A stretch of DNA of 64,000 nt, taken from contig CAWIHJ010000074.1 of assembly GCA_963835795.1 (NCBI GenBank), forward strand, positions 14,392 through 78,391. The letters are read 5' to 3'. Source of the stretch: an uncultured Gammaproteobacteria bacterium (lineage in GTDB: Bacteria > Pseudomonadota > Gammaproteobacteria > GCA-001735895). Position 1 is the first letter of the stretch. Each line of letters begins with the position of its first letter. The position numbers and the translations under genes were made by a program. The notes under the pieces are model-generated. The model did no database searches. It saw nothing but the letters and a program-made list of their open reading frames with translations, and was not told the DNA's origin. Of this stretch, positions 19,723-30,361 are shown one piece after another.

Positions 19723-20211
19723 TCAGTTGGAGTCGATTGTGGGTGGTGATTTCACAGCGGCATCCAGCCCCCATATTTCCGCCGATCTGAAGCCGTATTT
19801 ATACAGGGCCAGGTATTGAAAGAACATCAGCGGAATCAGCAGTAGTGCGATCAGGGCCAGGGAAAAGTACATTTCTTCGGCCGACTCAAAGCCCCAGTCC
19901 AGCAAGATGAGCGTGTATGCGTCATAGATCAATCCAATCGGTATCAGTGCAATCCAGAATCTGCGGAACAACAATTTGCGGCTATAAGCGAAACCGAAGA
20001 TGCCGGTCAGAATTGACAGGTAAATGATTGTTTCGAGTAGCGTTTTCAGCAGGGTTTCTGCGGGATCGATGATCATGTAGGCGAGCGATAGAATTTCGAG
20101 CACCAGCAATATCCAGAAAAAAACTTTCCAACGGGTTTTGGAAACCGTTTCGCGCACTTCGACATTGGCTTGCGGTGTTTTATACGGGTCGTTCATCTCG
20201 GGGGTATCCAT
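19723..20211 (-). CDS. hypothetical 4-TM membrane protein
   Basis: 162 aa, hydrophobic helices, no known motif; lower GC than the core. Confidence 0.45.
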   Translation of the reverse strand: MDTPEMNDPYKTPQANVEVRETVSKTRWKVFFWILLVLEILSLAYMIIDPAETLLKTLLETIIYLSILTGIFGFAYSRKLLFRRFWIALIPIGLIYDAYTLILLDWGFESAEEMYFSLALIALLLIPLMFFQYLALYKYGFRSAEIWGLDAAVKSPPTIDSN

Positions 20212-20241
20212 GGGGGAAGTTGCGCGTTGACAGCGCCTGGA

Positions 20242-21252
20242 TCAGGGTGACGGCGAACCGGGCGACAGGTAAAGACCGGCGAGTAGTTTAGCCAGGTTTT
20301 CGGAGTCCTCGGGCGGCGTTTGCCGCAGGAACCCCTGCTGCTGCAACAAGCCGATCAGTTTTGTCGGAACCTGGTTACTGTTGCCGACGATTTCCACGTG
20401 CCCGGCTTTGACTTCCAACGGAATCAAGCCCGCTTGTGCATTAACCAATGGCTGATTTTGTTCAGCAATGCTGAAGACAAAATCGTCTTCCACACAGGCG
20501 CCACTCGCGTCATGAACGCGACAGGTACCGGTTTCATCGGTGACGATCTTCAGATGCCGGCTGACGGAGGGAATCAACTCGCCCGGCTTCAGGATGAAAT
20601 CAGAGGTCGCGGGAATGTCCTGATACTTGCGCCCGGTAATCATCTGGCAGACCAGTTTGACGATGCCGAGCGACAGCCACGCCGCCGTATCTGAGCCACA
20701 ATGCGCCGCGGCTGCAATGCCGCCAAAGGGCGCTGAAACCGTCGCCAGTTCGATTTCCATATCGCGTTTGGCCTCGGTGCTATTGGCAAGATTATTGGGC
20801 TGCCCGGTAGTCAGCGCGTGGCGCGCGATCAGCCCACCCTGGCTGTGGCCGATCACCGAGATTCTGGGTTCTTCCAGCACCGACGCCAGTTCTTCGAGTG
20901 CGGTTTTCAGCTGGCTCGCGCTGGTTGTCAGGCGTTCACGATCGTCGTAACTGAAGCAGACGGTTTGTTGCCCGTGAAACGCGAACACTTCGGCGAGCGA
21001 GCGAAATCGGCCCGCCGAGGAAAAGCATCCGTGCACGATCACCGTAACCGGTTCGCTGGTATTCAGCCGCAGATCGCCATTGCCATGATTGGTGCAATTG
21101 CCGAGTGAGGCGATTTGTACGCTGACATTCGGATCCGACAGGTTGCTGGGATAGTTGGTCGGAATCTCGATGAAAGCGTCGTCCTGGCTGCTGCAGGCAA
21201 CCAGCAGCAGGCAGCAAAGGTAGACGAGCGGGCGCATCGACGGAATCACCAT
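20242..21252 (-). CDS. alpha/beta-hydrolase (lipase/esterase-like) lipoprotein
   Basis: Lipobox LLVACSS. GHSQGG nucleophile-elbow motif. Start chosen at MVIPSMRP; the 371-aa track ORF has an N-extension. Confidence 0.6.
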   Translation of the reverse strand: MVIPSMRPLVYLCCLLLVACSSQDDAFIEIPTNYPSNLSDPNVSVQIASLGNCTNHGNGDLRLNTSEPVTVIVHGCFSSAGRFRSLAEVFAFHGQQTVCFSYDDRERLTTSASQLKTALEELASVLEEPRISVIGHSQGGLIARHALTTGQPNNLANSTEAKRDMEIELATVSAPFGGIAAAAHCGSDTAAWLSLGIVKLVCQMITGRKYQDIPATSDFILKPGELIPSVSRHLKIVTDETGTCRVHDASGACVEDDFVFSIAEQNQPLVNAQAGLIPLEVKAGHVEIVGNSNQVPTKLIGLLQQQGFLRQTPPEDSENLAKLLAGLYLSPGSPSP

Positions 21253-22325
21253 CTGGCAGGCTGAGACTGTTTTGGCAAGTTCAAGATTTTGGATACAGGT
21301 TGAAACAATTTCAGCCAGCTTGCAGACAATGCCGTTGAAAAACAAGCGAAATGTCAACGCTGCGCGAGCCTGTCAAAAGGGTAAGAGAGGATATCTCCGG
21401 CTACCGACTTATCCATTACCGGCAAGTTGACCGTGAACATGACGCGCATTAAAAAATTGTCTATTATTGCCGGACGTGCAGCGCAACAAGACCAGGCTCC
21501 ATCGAGCCAGTGCCACCCGCTCGCAAACAGGAGACGCCAAGGTGAACCAGCCCAAAGAACCTACGCACCACGTACCTTTATCCATTTCAATGTTGATTTC
21601 GGAATGGGTTTACAAGCTGGTGGTTTTGATCGAGCGGACCATTCGCTGGATCGCCAGATACATTTTCCGCCCCTGTTTGCTGCAGGTTCGTTGCCTGCTG
21701 TGGTTTTGAATCGACAGCGATTTGACGCTCTGCCTTGCGAGGGCTTGTCACCATCTGTTAAGTAGCTTGTACCTCGCGTAAACTGGCTCTAGGATTTTTG
21801 CAAGCTCTCGCGAAACTTGATCTCGCCCATCGACCAGGTCGATGAGTGAGGCAAGGCTTTTGGGGCAGGGGGATAGCAGCCCCTCGATCTGATTAATTGC
21901 AATGTCCGTGACGAAGGCAGACGACCCTTCCAGTCCTTTACTATTCACTTCTCCATCCTCGCATCGCTATTGTCTGCTGCCCGATTGCAGGTCACGGCTG
22001 TAAGCGATTCAGTTAATGGTCTGGACAGTATATTCCAGTAGTGTCGTAATGAAAATTGGCGATCGGATCTGTTAAACAAGGCGACTTCAGTGTGCTGTGC
22101 CTATTTTTTCAGGGCGTGTGTCCCTCTAGTTTGCTTTTATTCCAACCGATGCCTGCTTCTCGCTGCCAGCGAGCTTCACAGCGGGGAATTTCAAGGAAAT
22201 GGTTTGGCGCGTGAACAACTTGCGTTATCGGAAGGGGAAGATGGATTCGATTCAATTGAAGCCGGAGTTGTCGGAATGATAAAAGCAGACGCCCAGATTC
22301 TATAAGTCAGGGGCGGTTAAGTGCC

Positions 22326-24002
22326 CAGACTGTGTGAAAACTCGATTGAAGGTATAATCATACTTTCCAACTGATGGGCTATCCAATGAGCGGTTTCATT
22401 GTAGGCACATGCCGAACACAAGCCACATTATTCCCCGATCGTCTGGACGATTACATTACCGAAGAAAACGCGATTCGAGTCATCGATGCATTTATCGATA
22501 GTCTCGATCTTGCGACATTGGGTTTCAAGACAGTGCCCGCTGATACCGGTCGACCAGCGTACCATCCGTCTACGATGCTCAAGTTATTTGTTTACGGATA
22601 TTTAAATCGTGTTCAGTCATCACGCCGACTGGAACGGGAAGCCGGTCGTAATGTTGAGTTGATGTGGTTGCTGGGACGTTTGGCGCCAGACTTTAAAACC
22701 ATTGCTGATTTCAGAAAGGATAACGGTAAAGGTATCAAAAATACCTGCCGGACATTCATTGGCCTTTGTCGTCAAATGAACATGTTTACCGACGCGATAG
22801 TTGCGATTGATGGCAGTAAATTTAAAGCGGTCAACAGCAAGGAAAATAACTACACGCCGAAGAAGCTGCAGTTCCATATCGAGCGGGTTGAAAAGCATAT
22901 CGATGATTATTTGAAACAGCTGGATGATACCGACAAGGAAGAAGAAAAAACCAGCGATGAAACGCCCATCAAAGAAAAGATTGACTGGCTTAAGAAGCGG
23001 CTTGCAGAGTTGAAGGCTCTGGAAGTGCAGGTGAACAGTCATCCTGAAAAGCAGCTTTCCACGATTGATCCAGATTCCCGGTTATTGAAAACACAGGGGA
23101 TGACCAGGGCGGTTTGCTATAACGTACAAAGTGCAGTCGATACAAAGCACCATTTAATCGTTGCCCACGAGGTCACGAATAAACAGGACCGAGGGCAGCT
23201 CTGCAGCATGGGGGAACAAGTCCAGGTTGCATTGGGCAAGGATGCAGTCACGGTACTTGCGGATAAGGGTTACTACAGTGGCCCGGACATCAAGGAGACT
23301 CAGGATGCAGGCATGACACCACTCGTGCCTAAGGGCGATACCTCGGGTAGTGAGAAGAAAGGGATCTTTAACCGATCCCGGTTTAAATACGATGCAGATA
23401 GAGATGTTTATATTTGCCCGGCGAATCAGGTATTGCCCTATCGCTGTCACCAGTTTAGAACACGGAATGATGCAGAAGCGATATTGGGCCCATGACCCAA
23501 CCTGCCGGGCGTGCGAATTGAAACCACAATGTTCGAACAGTAAGCAGTCTCGGAGGATAACGCGCTGGGAGCATCAGGATCAGATTGATCAAATGGATGA
23601 GTTAATGACATCCATGCCAGATAGCATGCTGATCAGAAAACAAACGGTTGAGCATCCGTTTGGAACGATTAAATCCTGGATGGGATCAACACACTTTCTG
23701 ACAAGACGACTTCAAAATGTCAGCACTGAAATGAGCCTGCATGTGCTGGCTTATAATCTCAGGCGAATGATGTCGATACTTGGGCCGGGCAATTTGATTG
23801 CAGCGATGAGGACATAAAGCTTATGGCCTTATCGTCGAAAAATAGGCTGTATATGGTCGAATCCCTGGCGATATAACCAATGCAGTATATTTAAGTTCAA
23901 CACAACACTGGGAAAACGATAATTGCTTGAAATCGATTCTCTGAAGCCTGACGACCAGGCGCGAAGAAACAAATATCAACATGGGCGTTTTCACACAGTC
24001 TG
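22326..24002. mobile_element. IS1182/IS5-group insertion sequence, about 1.68 kb, with 16-bp terminal inverted repeats CAGACTGTGTGAAAAC and a possible 4-bp TSD (TGCC)
   Basis: Left IR 22326..22341 and right IR 23987..24002 are perfect reverse complements. They flank a transposase and are embedded in a low-GC island. Confidence 0.65.
22374..23817 (+). pseudogene. IS1182-family DDE transposase, frameshifted
   Basis: N-terminal FPDRLDDYITEENAIRVIDAFIDSLDL and C-terminal HPFGTIKSWMGSTHFLTRRL...LAYNLRRM are hallmarks. ORFs 22374..23495 and 23350..23817 are in different frames (lesion near 23450). Confidence 0.75.
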
Positions 24003-24149
24003 TGCCCTGAGCGGACTCCCGAAGCATGAAAGTGGGAGGCAATCTTCGGCCAGCAGCGGACGCATGGCAACAGATAATATATTATCGGGCTAATTGCCAT
24101 TTACTTATGCTGTTAGGCTAATACGGCTCTTCGTAGAAAGGGGCAAAAT

Positions 24150-24863
24150 ATGGAAGACAAGAAAATTTGTGTCGATTGCCAGAGTGCAATTAATAAAAAT
24201 GCAAAACGTTGCATTAAGTGTGGCGCGTTTCTGGACTGGAGGCGTTACTCAAGTCAAGTAAGTACGCTCCTAGCCCTTATTCTAGCTGCAATAGCAACCT
24301 TTGCTTGGGCAGAGCCGATGCTGAAAAAATATATTCTTGGCTATGATGATGAGCTGTCAATCATGGCTGCCAACACTTATTTTAATGTTGTTTCTCATGC
24401 GGAAGCAGGAAGCTCATTGAAAGGTCTTCAAATTGCCATATCCAACACAGGAGATAGGTCCGCATTTGTTCAAGATATCGCTGTTTTCTTCGAGTTCTCA
24501 GTGGAAGACAATGAAAAATCAAAATCAAAAAGTGACGAACCGAATTCAAGTGGGTTTGTTTACTTGAATGAGTTACCTGAGATTTACAGAAATTCTTGGA
24601 TTATAAAGCCGGGAAATAGTGAATTATTTAAAGTATTCCTTACTAAGTCAATCGCACTTCCAGAGATGAAGAAAAGCCTAATTTACTATGGGCCAGAAAT
24701 AGGGTCAGGGAATTACAGCGCGGCTTGCAAAGCTTCCGTCGACTGGGTTAGCTTCGAGGGAGAAACAGGAAAGTTGGTAAAGGTGTTAGATAACAACAAT
24801 TGTAGTTGGATCTTAAAAATGGTGTTAATGCGGTTAATGGAATTTGAGAATGATAAAGCCTAA
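24150..24863 (+). CDS. hypothetical zinc-ribbon + single-TM protein with about 180-aa C-terminal domain
   Basis: CVDCQSAINKNAKRCIKCGA (C-x2-C-x11-C-x2-C) followed by a TM helix (VSTLLALILAAIATFAWA). About 38% GC versus about 60% genome. Confidence 0.5.
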   Translation: MEDKKICVDCQSAINKNAKRCIKCGAFLDWRRYSSQVSTLLALILAAIATFAWAEPMLKKYILGYDDELSIMAANTYFNVVSHAEAGSSLKGLQIAISNTGDRSAFVQDIAVFFEFSVEDNEKSKSKSDEPNSSGFVYLNELPEIYRNSWIIKPGNSELFKVFLTKSIALPEMKKSLIYYGPEIGSGNYSAACKASVDWVSFEGETGKLVKVLDNNNCSWILKMVLMRLMEFENDKA

Positions 24864-25213
24864 TAAACGCATGTAGTTGAGCAATGGCATGAGCGTCTCA
24901 GTTGGTGCGATTGCAGAGTTTTTCGGTGCTCAATTGAACAGCGGCTAACGGAAAATTCGATCTTTAGAATCACTTGAAAATTTCGGCTTCGTGCCCGTAG
25001 CTGCCCCTCAGTATCGTCATGCCAATCTTCGAGCCGATACTCCTGGCGAAAATGCCAGTGTCCACTGACATGAAAACGGGTGCTGAGAATCAACACGGCC
25101 ATTTATGCCGACTTTTGTAGTCTCGATCGATCGATACTGACCCTTTTAGTTTACAACTGAAACAGTTAGCAGATGTCCATGCGAGCCTGTATGACCCGAG
25201 CCAAAATCCTGGG

Positions 25214-25828
25214 TCAGATCACTTCGAAATGCGCATTGCGGGGCTGGTTGCCGCAGATCGAGGTGATGTCCTGTGGGCAGGCTGACAGGCAGATCACCAG
25301 GTCCATTTCCGCGCGCATGACGATGTAATCGCCCTTCTTGCTGACCGGCGGATGTGGTTTGATCACGCCATTGGCTTCGACCGGGGTGTTTTGCCAGAGA
25401 TTAAACGGTGCCGGTAATTCGATCGGTTTCAGGCCCAGCGCAACCATCGCCTCCCAGAAATTATCGGTGCAATTGCGGTGATACTCTTTGCATCCCAGCA
25501 ACTCGTAGCGGTAGCGATCACAGGCCGCGAGCAAGGTGTCGTGGGTGCCCGGGGCCGAATCCTGCATGATTTTCACTATGGGCCGGCGCCGGTTGGTAAT
25601 CATGACATCGCCCTTGCGCGGGCAGACGCGTTCGAGCGATACGCGGCAATGTTCCAGGGACATGTATTCACCGAGGTTGTCGGCATTCAGCGCCCAGCAA
25701 TCGACCACCTGCGTGCCGTGGGTATTGATCACCTTGATACGGCGGCCTTTTTTAACGAAGGCGGCCTTTGCGTGCCGTGCAGGAATGGAAACCCGCTGAT
25801 TGGAAACTGCGCTGTTTTGCTTTGCCAT
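25214..25828 (-). CDS. DUF1989-like (urea-carboxylase-associated family) protein
   Basis: 205-218 aa; weak recognition from memory only. Alternative start at 25870. Confidence 0.4.
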   Translation of the reverse strand: MAKQNSAVSNQRVSIPARHAKAAFVKKGRRIKVINTHGTQVVDCWALNADNLGEYMSLEHCRVSLERVCPRKGDVMITNRRRPIVKIMQDSAPGTHDTLLAACDRYRYELLGCKEYHRNCTDNFWEAMVALGLKPIELPAPFNLWQNTPVEANGVIKPHPPVSKKGDYIVMRAEMDLVICLSACPQDITSICGNQPRNAHFEVI

Positions 25829-26000
25829 GTCACTTGCCTGTCTATGCGGAAACCAGTCAGACTTCACCATGTTTTGCTATTGAAGTAAATGTCAGAACTT
25901 TCAGGCCAGGGATCAGGTCATAGGTGAAACGGGTCAAACAACGCTATCGGGTTTCAGGGATATTATTGACCGAGAGTTGTCGAGTAATCAGGATGTCGGC

Positions 26001-26366
26001 ATGACTTACGCGGAATTCAACCAGTACTGCGGCTCGCTGCAGGCGACGACTCACGTGATTCAATGGGGTGGTTCGCAGGTGTGGAAAGTCGGTGGCAAGG
26101 TGTTTGCCATCGGTGGTTGGGAGCAGGCCGGTAAGCCCGCGTTCACCTTTAAAACCTCCGAACTCAACTATCATTTCCTCGCCGACAAGCCCGGTTATCG
26201 GCCGGCGCCTTACCTCGCCTCACGCGGCATGAAGTGGATACAGCAGTACGATGTGCCGGATTCAGATGACGAGGAACTCATCTATTACCTGGGTGAATCT
26301 TACCGGATTGTTTCCCTGGGACTCACAAAGAAGAAGCAAAAAGAACTGGGGCTCAACCAGGCGTAA
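26001..26366 (+). CDS. MmcQ/YjbR-family protein
   Basis: MTYAEFNQYCGSLQATTHVIQWGGSQVWKVGGKVFA matches the YjbR/MmcQ fold family. AGGA SD before the ATG at 26001. Confidence 0.5.
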   Translation: MTYAEFNQYCGSLQATTHVIQWGGSQVWKVGGKVFAIGGWEQAGKPAFTFKTSELNYHFLADKPGYRPAPYLASRGMKWIQQYDVPDSDDEELIYYLGESYRIVSLGLTKKKQKELGLNQA

Positions 26367-26410
26367 TCGGATAGTCACGGTAAAGCAGGAGCAGGTAAAT
26401 CCTTCAACCC

Positions 26411-26953
26411 TCAGATTTTTTCGATCACCAGCATGATGCGACCGACCTCGAAACCCCACTTGGTCATGATCGACTCGTTCAGCAACACCCGCTCGGAGAC
26501 CAGGTACATGCGATCGTCGATGCGCAGATCGAGCGTGTCGCCGTCGTAAGGTATGCGCAGCACGTAATCCAGAAACAGGCTGTTACCGGCGACCTGCATC
26601 TTGCCGTCGCCGATCACGTCGCCGGCGGTCGCAACATAGTGGTTATCTCCCATCGGTCGCAATGTCCAAACGCGCGTCTGTAGCTCACCGTCGTCGAAAA
26701 CGAAACGCTCATCGAGAGTGCCGATACCATCCTGCCACGACGCATCGATGCTGGCGCTGAAGTAACGAATCACCTTGCCGCCGCGATCTTTGACGACGCC
26801 GTGCGCCACCAGTTGACCGTTAAAAAATTGCTCCGCCACCAGCCGCGGCTGATTATCGGCATAATCGTCTACCGTAACCGAGGTACAGGCACTGAGCAAA
26901 AATCCACAAACAGCGATCAATACTCGTTGAAGCGACAGTTTTTCGCGATTCAC
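26411..26953 (-). CDS. DUF3833-family lipoprotein
   Basis: GTG start with GGGAGG SD; lipobox LLSACTS. GTGA overlap with the upstream gene. Confidence 0.55.
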   Translation of the reverse strand: MNREKLSLQRVLIAVCGFLLSACTSVTVDDYADNQPRLVAEQFFNGQLVAHGVVKDRGGKVIRYFSASIDASWQDGIGTLDERFVFDDGELQTRVWTLRPMGDNHYVATAGDVIGDGKMQVAGNSLFLDYVLRIPYDGDTLDLRIDDRMYLVSERVLLNESIMTKWGFEVGRIMLVIEKI

Positions 26954-27765
26954 GACTGGCCTCCCGGCATCACCTGGACGTCGGAGCCATCGGTCACCTT
27001 CGGCTCGGATAGCCGACACGCCTGCGCTGGCATATCGTCATAGCGATAGCGGATATCGACCACCATGCCCTTGCCGTTTCTATCACCGATGTTGGACAGG
27101 CCACGAAACCGGGTCAGCTGACGTGACTCGGCATCGTAGCCGAGCTCGATGGGTTTCACCGCCAGGCGCAACAGCCAGCTGGCAAGATCGAGGCGAAAAC
27201 ATTGGTCGCTTTGCGTCGCGTAGCTGCAGGCCCGCGACTGAATCCGCAGCTCCACCAGACTGGTTCGGTCGGCGAGGGGAAACTGAAACTCGAGGCTTTC
27301 ACCAGCCAGCAGGCGATCCCATTGCTGGCGCACAAATTCGTCAAAACCGGCATCGATGACCACCGGCAAGTTCGCACTGGGCTCGGCCAACGCCGATTTG
27401 CTCACGACCCGCGTATCGCTGTCGATCACCGACATCCTCACCGAGCCCTGTTGCAGCGATACTTCAATCGACTCCTGCGAGTAGTAGTTGTGTTGCACGA
27501 AGGAAGGCGTGGTACTCCCGGAGCGGTAATCGACCCGCTTGTGCGCAATCAGGTTATCCTTCGCGTCCTGGTAGGTCACCTCGCGCTCGCTGCCATCGGT
27601 GCTCAGGCAGTGGGTCTCGCGATACATCAGTTCGTCGCTTTGCAGATCATAGGCCATGCCAATGGTCTGACTGGTCTTACCGGCGGCGCCCGACGGGTTC
27701 GCCAGGGCGAACAGAATCAGCCCGGCGAACAGGCGCACCCATGGATTTTCAAACAGCTTGTTCAT
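26950..27765 (-). CDS. periplasmic hypothetical protein (signal peptide) of the ChrR-regulon operon
   Basis: MNKLFENPWVRLFAGLILFALANPSGAAG signal peptide; overlaps both neighbours. Confidence 0.5.
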   Translation of the reverse strand: MNKLFENPWVRLFAGLILFALANPSGAAGKTSQTIGMAYDLQSDELMYRETHCLSTDGSEREVTYQDAKDNLIAHKRVDYRSGSTTPSFVQHNYYSQESIEVSLQQGSVRMSVIDSDTRVVSKSALAEPSANLPVVIDAGFDEFVRQQWDRLLAGESLEFQFPLADRTSLVELRIQSRACSYATQSDQCFRLDLASWLLRLAVKPIELGYDAESRQLTRFRGLSNIGDRNGKGMVVDIRYRYDDMPAQACRLSEPKVTDGSDVQVMPGGQS

Positions 27766-28273
27766 TGACGCTCCGTAACGGTTGCTTCATTTTTGCGGCA
27801 AACCAGATGCCCAGCGGAAACAGCAGCGCCCAGCCAACGCTCATGATGGCCAGCGATCCCAGCACCGGCACGCGCAACTCGGCGTCGCTAAGATTGCTGC
27901 CAAACCAGTAGCTGGCCGGGCCGAATACCGCGGCCAGCAGGGCCGCAAACAGGGGAAAGGCGCGCAACCACAGCAGGCTGTGCATGAAGGTGGTCGCGAA
28001 GATCACCCACAGGCAAACCAGCCACAGCGGGATACCCGCCAAATCTCCGTCCGCGTAGAGAATCACACCCGCTTGCGCCATCCCCACATCCCACAGGCAA
28101 CCGACCAGCGCGACTGTGCCGATCAGTTTCCACTCTCGCGCGTCGACGAGCACCAGCCATTGATGCAGCAACAGGGCGATGAGGGTATAGGCGCCGGCAT
28201 ACCAGTTACCACCGAGCACGCACACCAGCCAGCCCATCTGGAACAACCCCAGGTTGATCAATGTTTTTTTCAA
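27749..28273 (-). CDS. DUF2878-family membrane protein
   Basis: 174 aa, 5 TM helices; a typical member of the cfa/DUF1365 operon. Confidence 0.5.
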   Translation of the reverse strand: MKKTLINLGLFQMGWLVCVLGGNWYAGAYTLIALLLHQWLVLVDAREWKLIGTVALVGCLWDVGMAQAGVILYADGDLAGIPLWLVCLWVIFATTFMHSLLWLRAFPLFAALLAAVFGPASYWFGSNLSDAELRVPVLGSLAIMSVGWALLFPLGIWFAAKMKQPLRSVNEQAV

Positions 28274-28297
28274 AGGGTTTTTATCACAGGTTTATAA

Positions 28298-29558
28298 TCA
28301 GGCCAGCGCGCGTTGCCGCCATTGCGGCTTGGCCAACAGGATCTGCGCGGTGCCGATGATGCGCTCTTCAAAGCCGCCCTGGCAGTAACACAGGTAGTAA
28401 TGCCACATGCGCATGAAAAATTCATCGAAGCCGAGTGCCTGCACTTCGTCGCTGGCGCGCGAGAAAGCGTTCACGCCAGATGGCGAGAGTGCGCGCATAG
28501 TCTTCGCCGATTTCCTGCATGCCCACCATCACCATATCGGTGTTGCGTTTGACCGCGGTAAACAACACTTCGTGGCCCGGCAGCGAACCGCCCGGGAAAA
28601 TATAGCGCTGGATAAAGTCGACCGAACGGCGCGCGTATTCGTAGCGTTGATCGGGTATGGTAATGGTCTGCAACAGCATCAGGCCATCGTCCTTGAGCAG
28701 CGCCGAACAGCCGCTGAAATACTGGTCGTAGTATTGATGTCCGACCGCCTCGATCATTTCCACCGACACCAGCTTGTCGAAGCTGCCTTCGAGGTTGCGA
28801 TAATCTTCCAGCAACAGCGTCACGCGGTCTTCCAGGCCTGCGTCGCGCACCCTTTGGCTTGCGATCTCGTACTGTTCGCGAGAAATGGTGGTGGTAGTGA
28901 CCCGACAGCCGTAGTGGCGGGCGGCATAGATCGCGAGCCCGCCCCAGCCAGTGCCGATTTCCAGCAGGTGATCTTCCGCTTTCAGCTCGAGCTTGCGGCA
29001 AACCACTTCGAGCTTGTGCACCGCTGCCTGTTCCAGACTGTCTTCGGGATGCTCGAAAATGGCCGCCGAATACATCATTTCGGGGTCGAGGAACAAGGCG
29101 AAAAAATCGTTGCTGAGATCGTAGTGACGCGAAATATTTGCGCGCGCCTGCTTCTCGGTGTTGCGATTCAAAAAGTGGAACAGCTTGTCACCGGCGCGTT
29201 GCAACAGGGGCGTGCCGCCATCGATCTGGTTCAGAAAATCGATATTGATACACATCAGACGCACCAGTTCGAGCAGGTTCGGGGTGGTCCATTTGCCGAG
29301 CACGTAGGCTTCGGCGCCACCCATCGAGCCGCCGAAAGCGATGTCGCGATAAGCGCTGATGTCATTGATGACCATCTTCGCGCGCACCGGGTTTTCACCC
29401 AGCGGATTGCCAAACGCGTGCGTCTCCTCGCCATCTTCGATTACCAGGTAACCGCGTGGCAAGGCCTTCAGGCGCTTGAGCAACTGGCGCCTGGCCAGGT
29501 TGCCAAACAAACCGAGGCCGGTGGAAGTGTTTATTGCAGAAGTCGTTAAGCCATTCAT
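28298..29558 (-). pseudogene. cyclopropane-fatty-acyl-phospholipid synthase-family SAM methyltransferase, frameshifted
   Basis: ORF 29558..28422 holds SAM motif LLEIGTGWGGLA and ends abnormally. ORF 28498..28298 holds the conserved C-terminus ALGFDEFFMRMWHYYLCYCQGGFEER. One-base lesion near 28470. Confidence 0.75.
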
Positions 29559-30361
29559 ATCTTGGTCTTCAGTTGGTTTGTTGTTGGTTCGTCATGCTGT
29601 TCGCGCTCCAGGGCGACAGGATGGTCGTAAACAGGGTTACGCTTGAACCACAGTTTCAGCGCCTGCCAGTAAATTAAAAACGCCACCTTGCCGGTCATCC
29701 ACGGAAACCGCAGCAACACACTGGTCAGCGCGCCGGCAGTGAGTTCACGCCTTTTCAAGGCCATGGTGGCATCCATCTGTGATTCATTATCGCGTTCGGT
29801 TTCAAGGTTCAGCGCCAGCACCTTTTGCGGCTGGTTACTGCACCAGCGATAAGTCATATCCATCGGGTTAAACGGCGAAACATGCATTTGCTTTTCAAAC
29901 TTAATACGCTGGTAGCGCTGCTTCGGATCACAGGTCAGCACGTAACTCTGGCGTTCGCCCCAGGGCGTGTTGGTGACTTCGACGACAATGTAACGCAGGG
30001 CTTCCTGCCGATCGAAGCAGTAGTAGCAGGCGATCGGATTCATGTTGAAACCGAAATATCGCCAGTTCGCCAGCAGGCGCACACTGCCCTCGTGTCTTAC
30101 CCCTGTTTCTTCCTGAATACGTTCGCACACCGCCTGCTTCAACGGCACTGCCGGATCGCCATGAAAGTCGCTGCGCTGGAATCGAGCCGGGCGAAAAGCC
30201 TTGCGCGACCAGAACGGAGAGAGTGCCAGCACCTGGTCGAGCTCGTCGAGGTCCAGGTACATCATGAAAATCGGGTAGGTGAAACAATGCGCGCGCGGCA
30301 AAAACCGGCGGTGACGCAAATATCCCTGGTAGATGGCGCTATGCATGGGCAGGGATAGCAC
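29555..30361 (-). CDS. DUF1365-family protein (UfaO-like)
   Basis: 268 aa, MHSAIYQGYLRHRRFLP... It is the conserved partner of the FAD oxidoreductase and Cfa in ChrR regulons. Confidence 0.7.
   Translation of the reverse strand: MLSLPMHSAIYQGYLRHRRFLPRAHCFTYPIFMMYLDLDELDQVLALSPFWSRKAFRPARFQRSDFHGDPAVPLKQAVCERIQEETGVRHEGSVRLLANWRYFGFNMNPIACYYCFDRQEALRYIVVEVTNTPWGERQSYVLTCDPKQRYQRIKFEKQMHVSPFNPMDMTYRWCSNQPQKVLALNLETERDNESQMDATMALKRRELTAGALTSVLLRFPWMTGKVAFLIYWQALKLWFKRNPVYDHPVALEREQHDEPTTNQLKTKI

Noticed and set aside
21748-21948. 66-aa minus-strand ORF in the low-GC region upstream of the IS
   Set aside because: GTG start, no domain and no SD. Could be a remnant of the gene disrupted by island insertion. 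Insufficient evidence to call.
25124-25138. Short tandem (GATC)3 run
   Set aside because: Too short to be a meaningful microsatellite or CRISPR-like array; noted only as part of the low-GC island.
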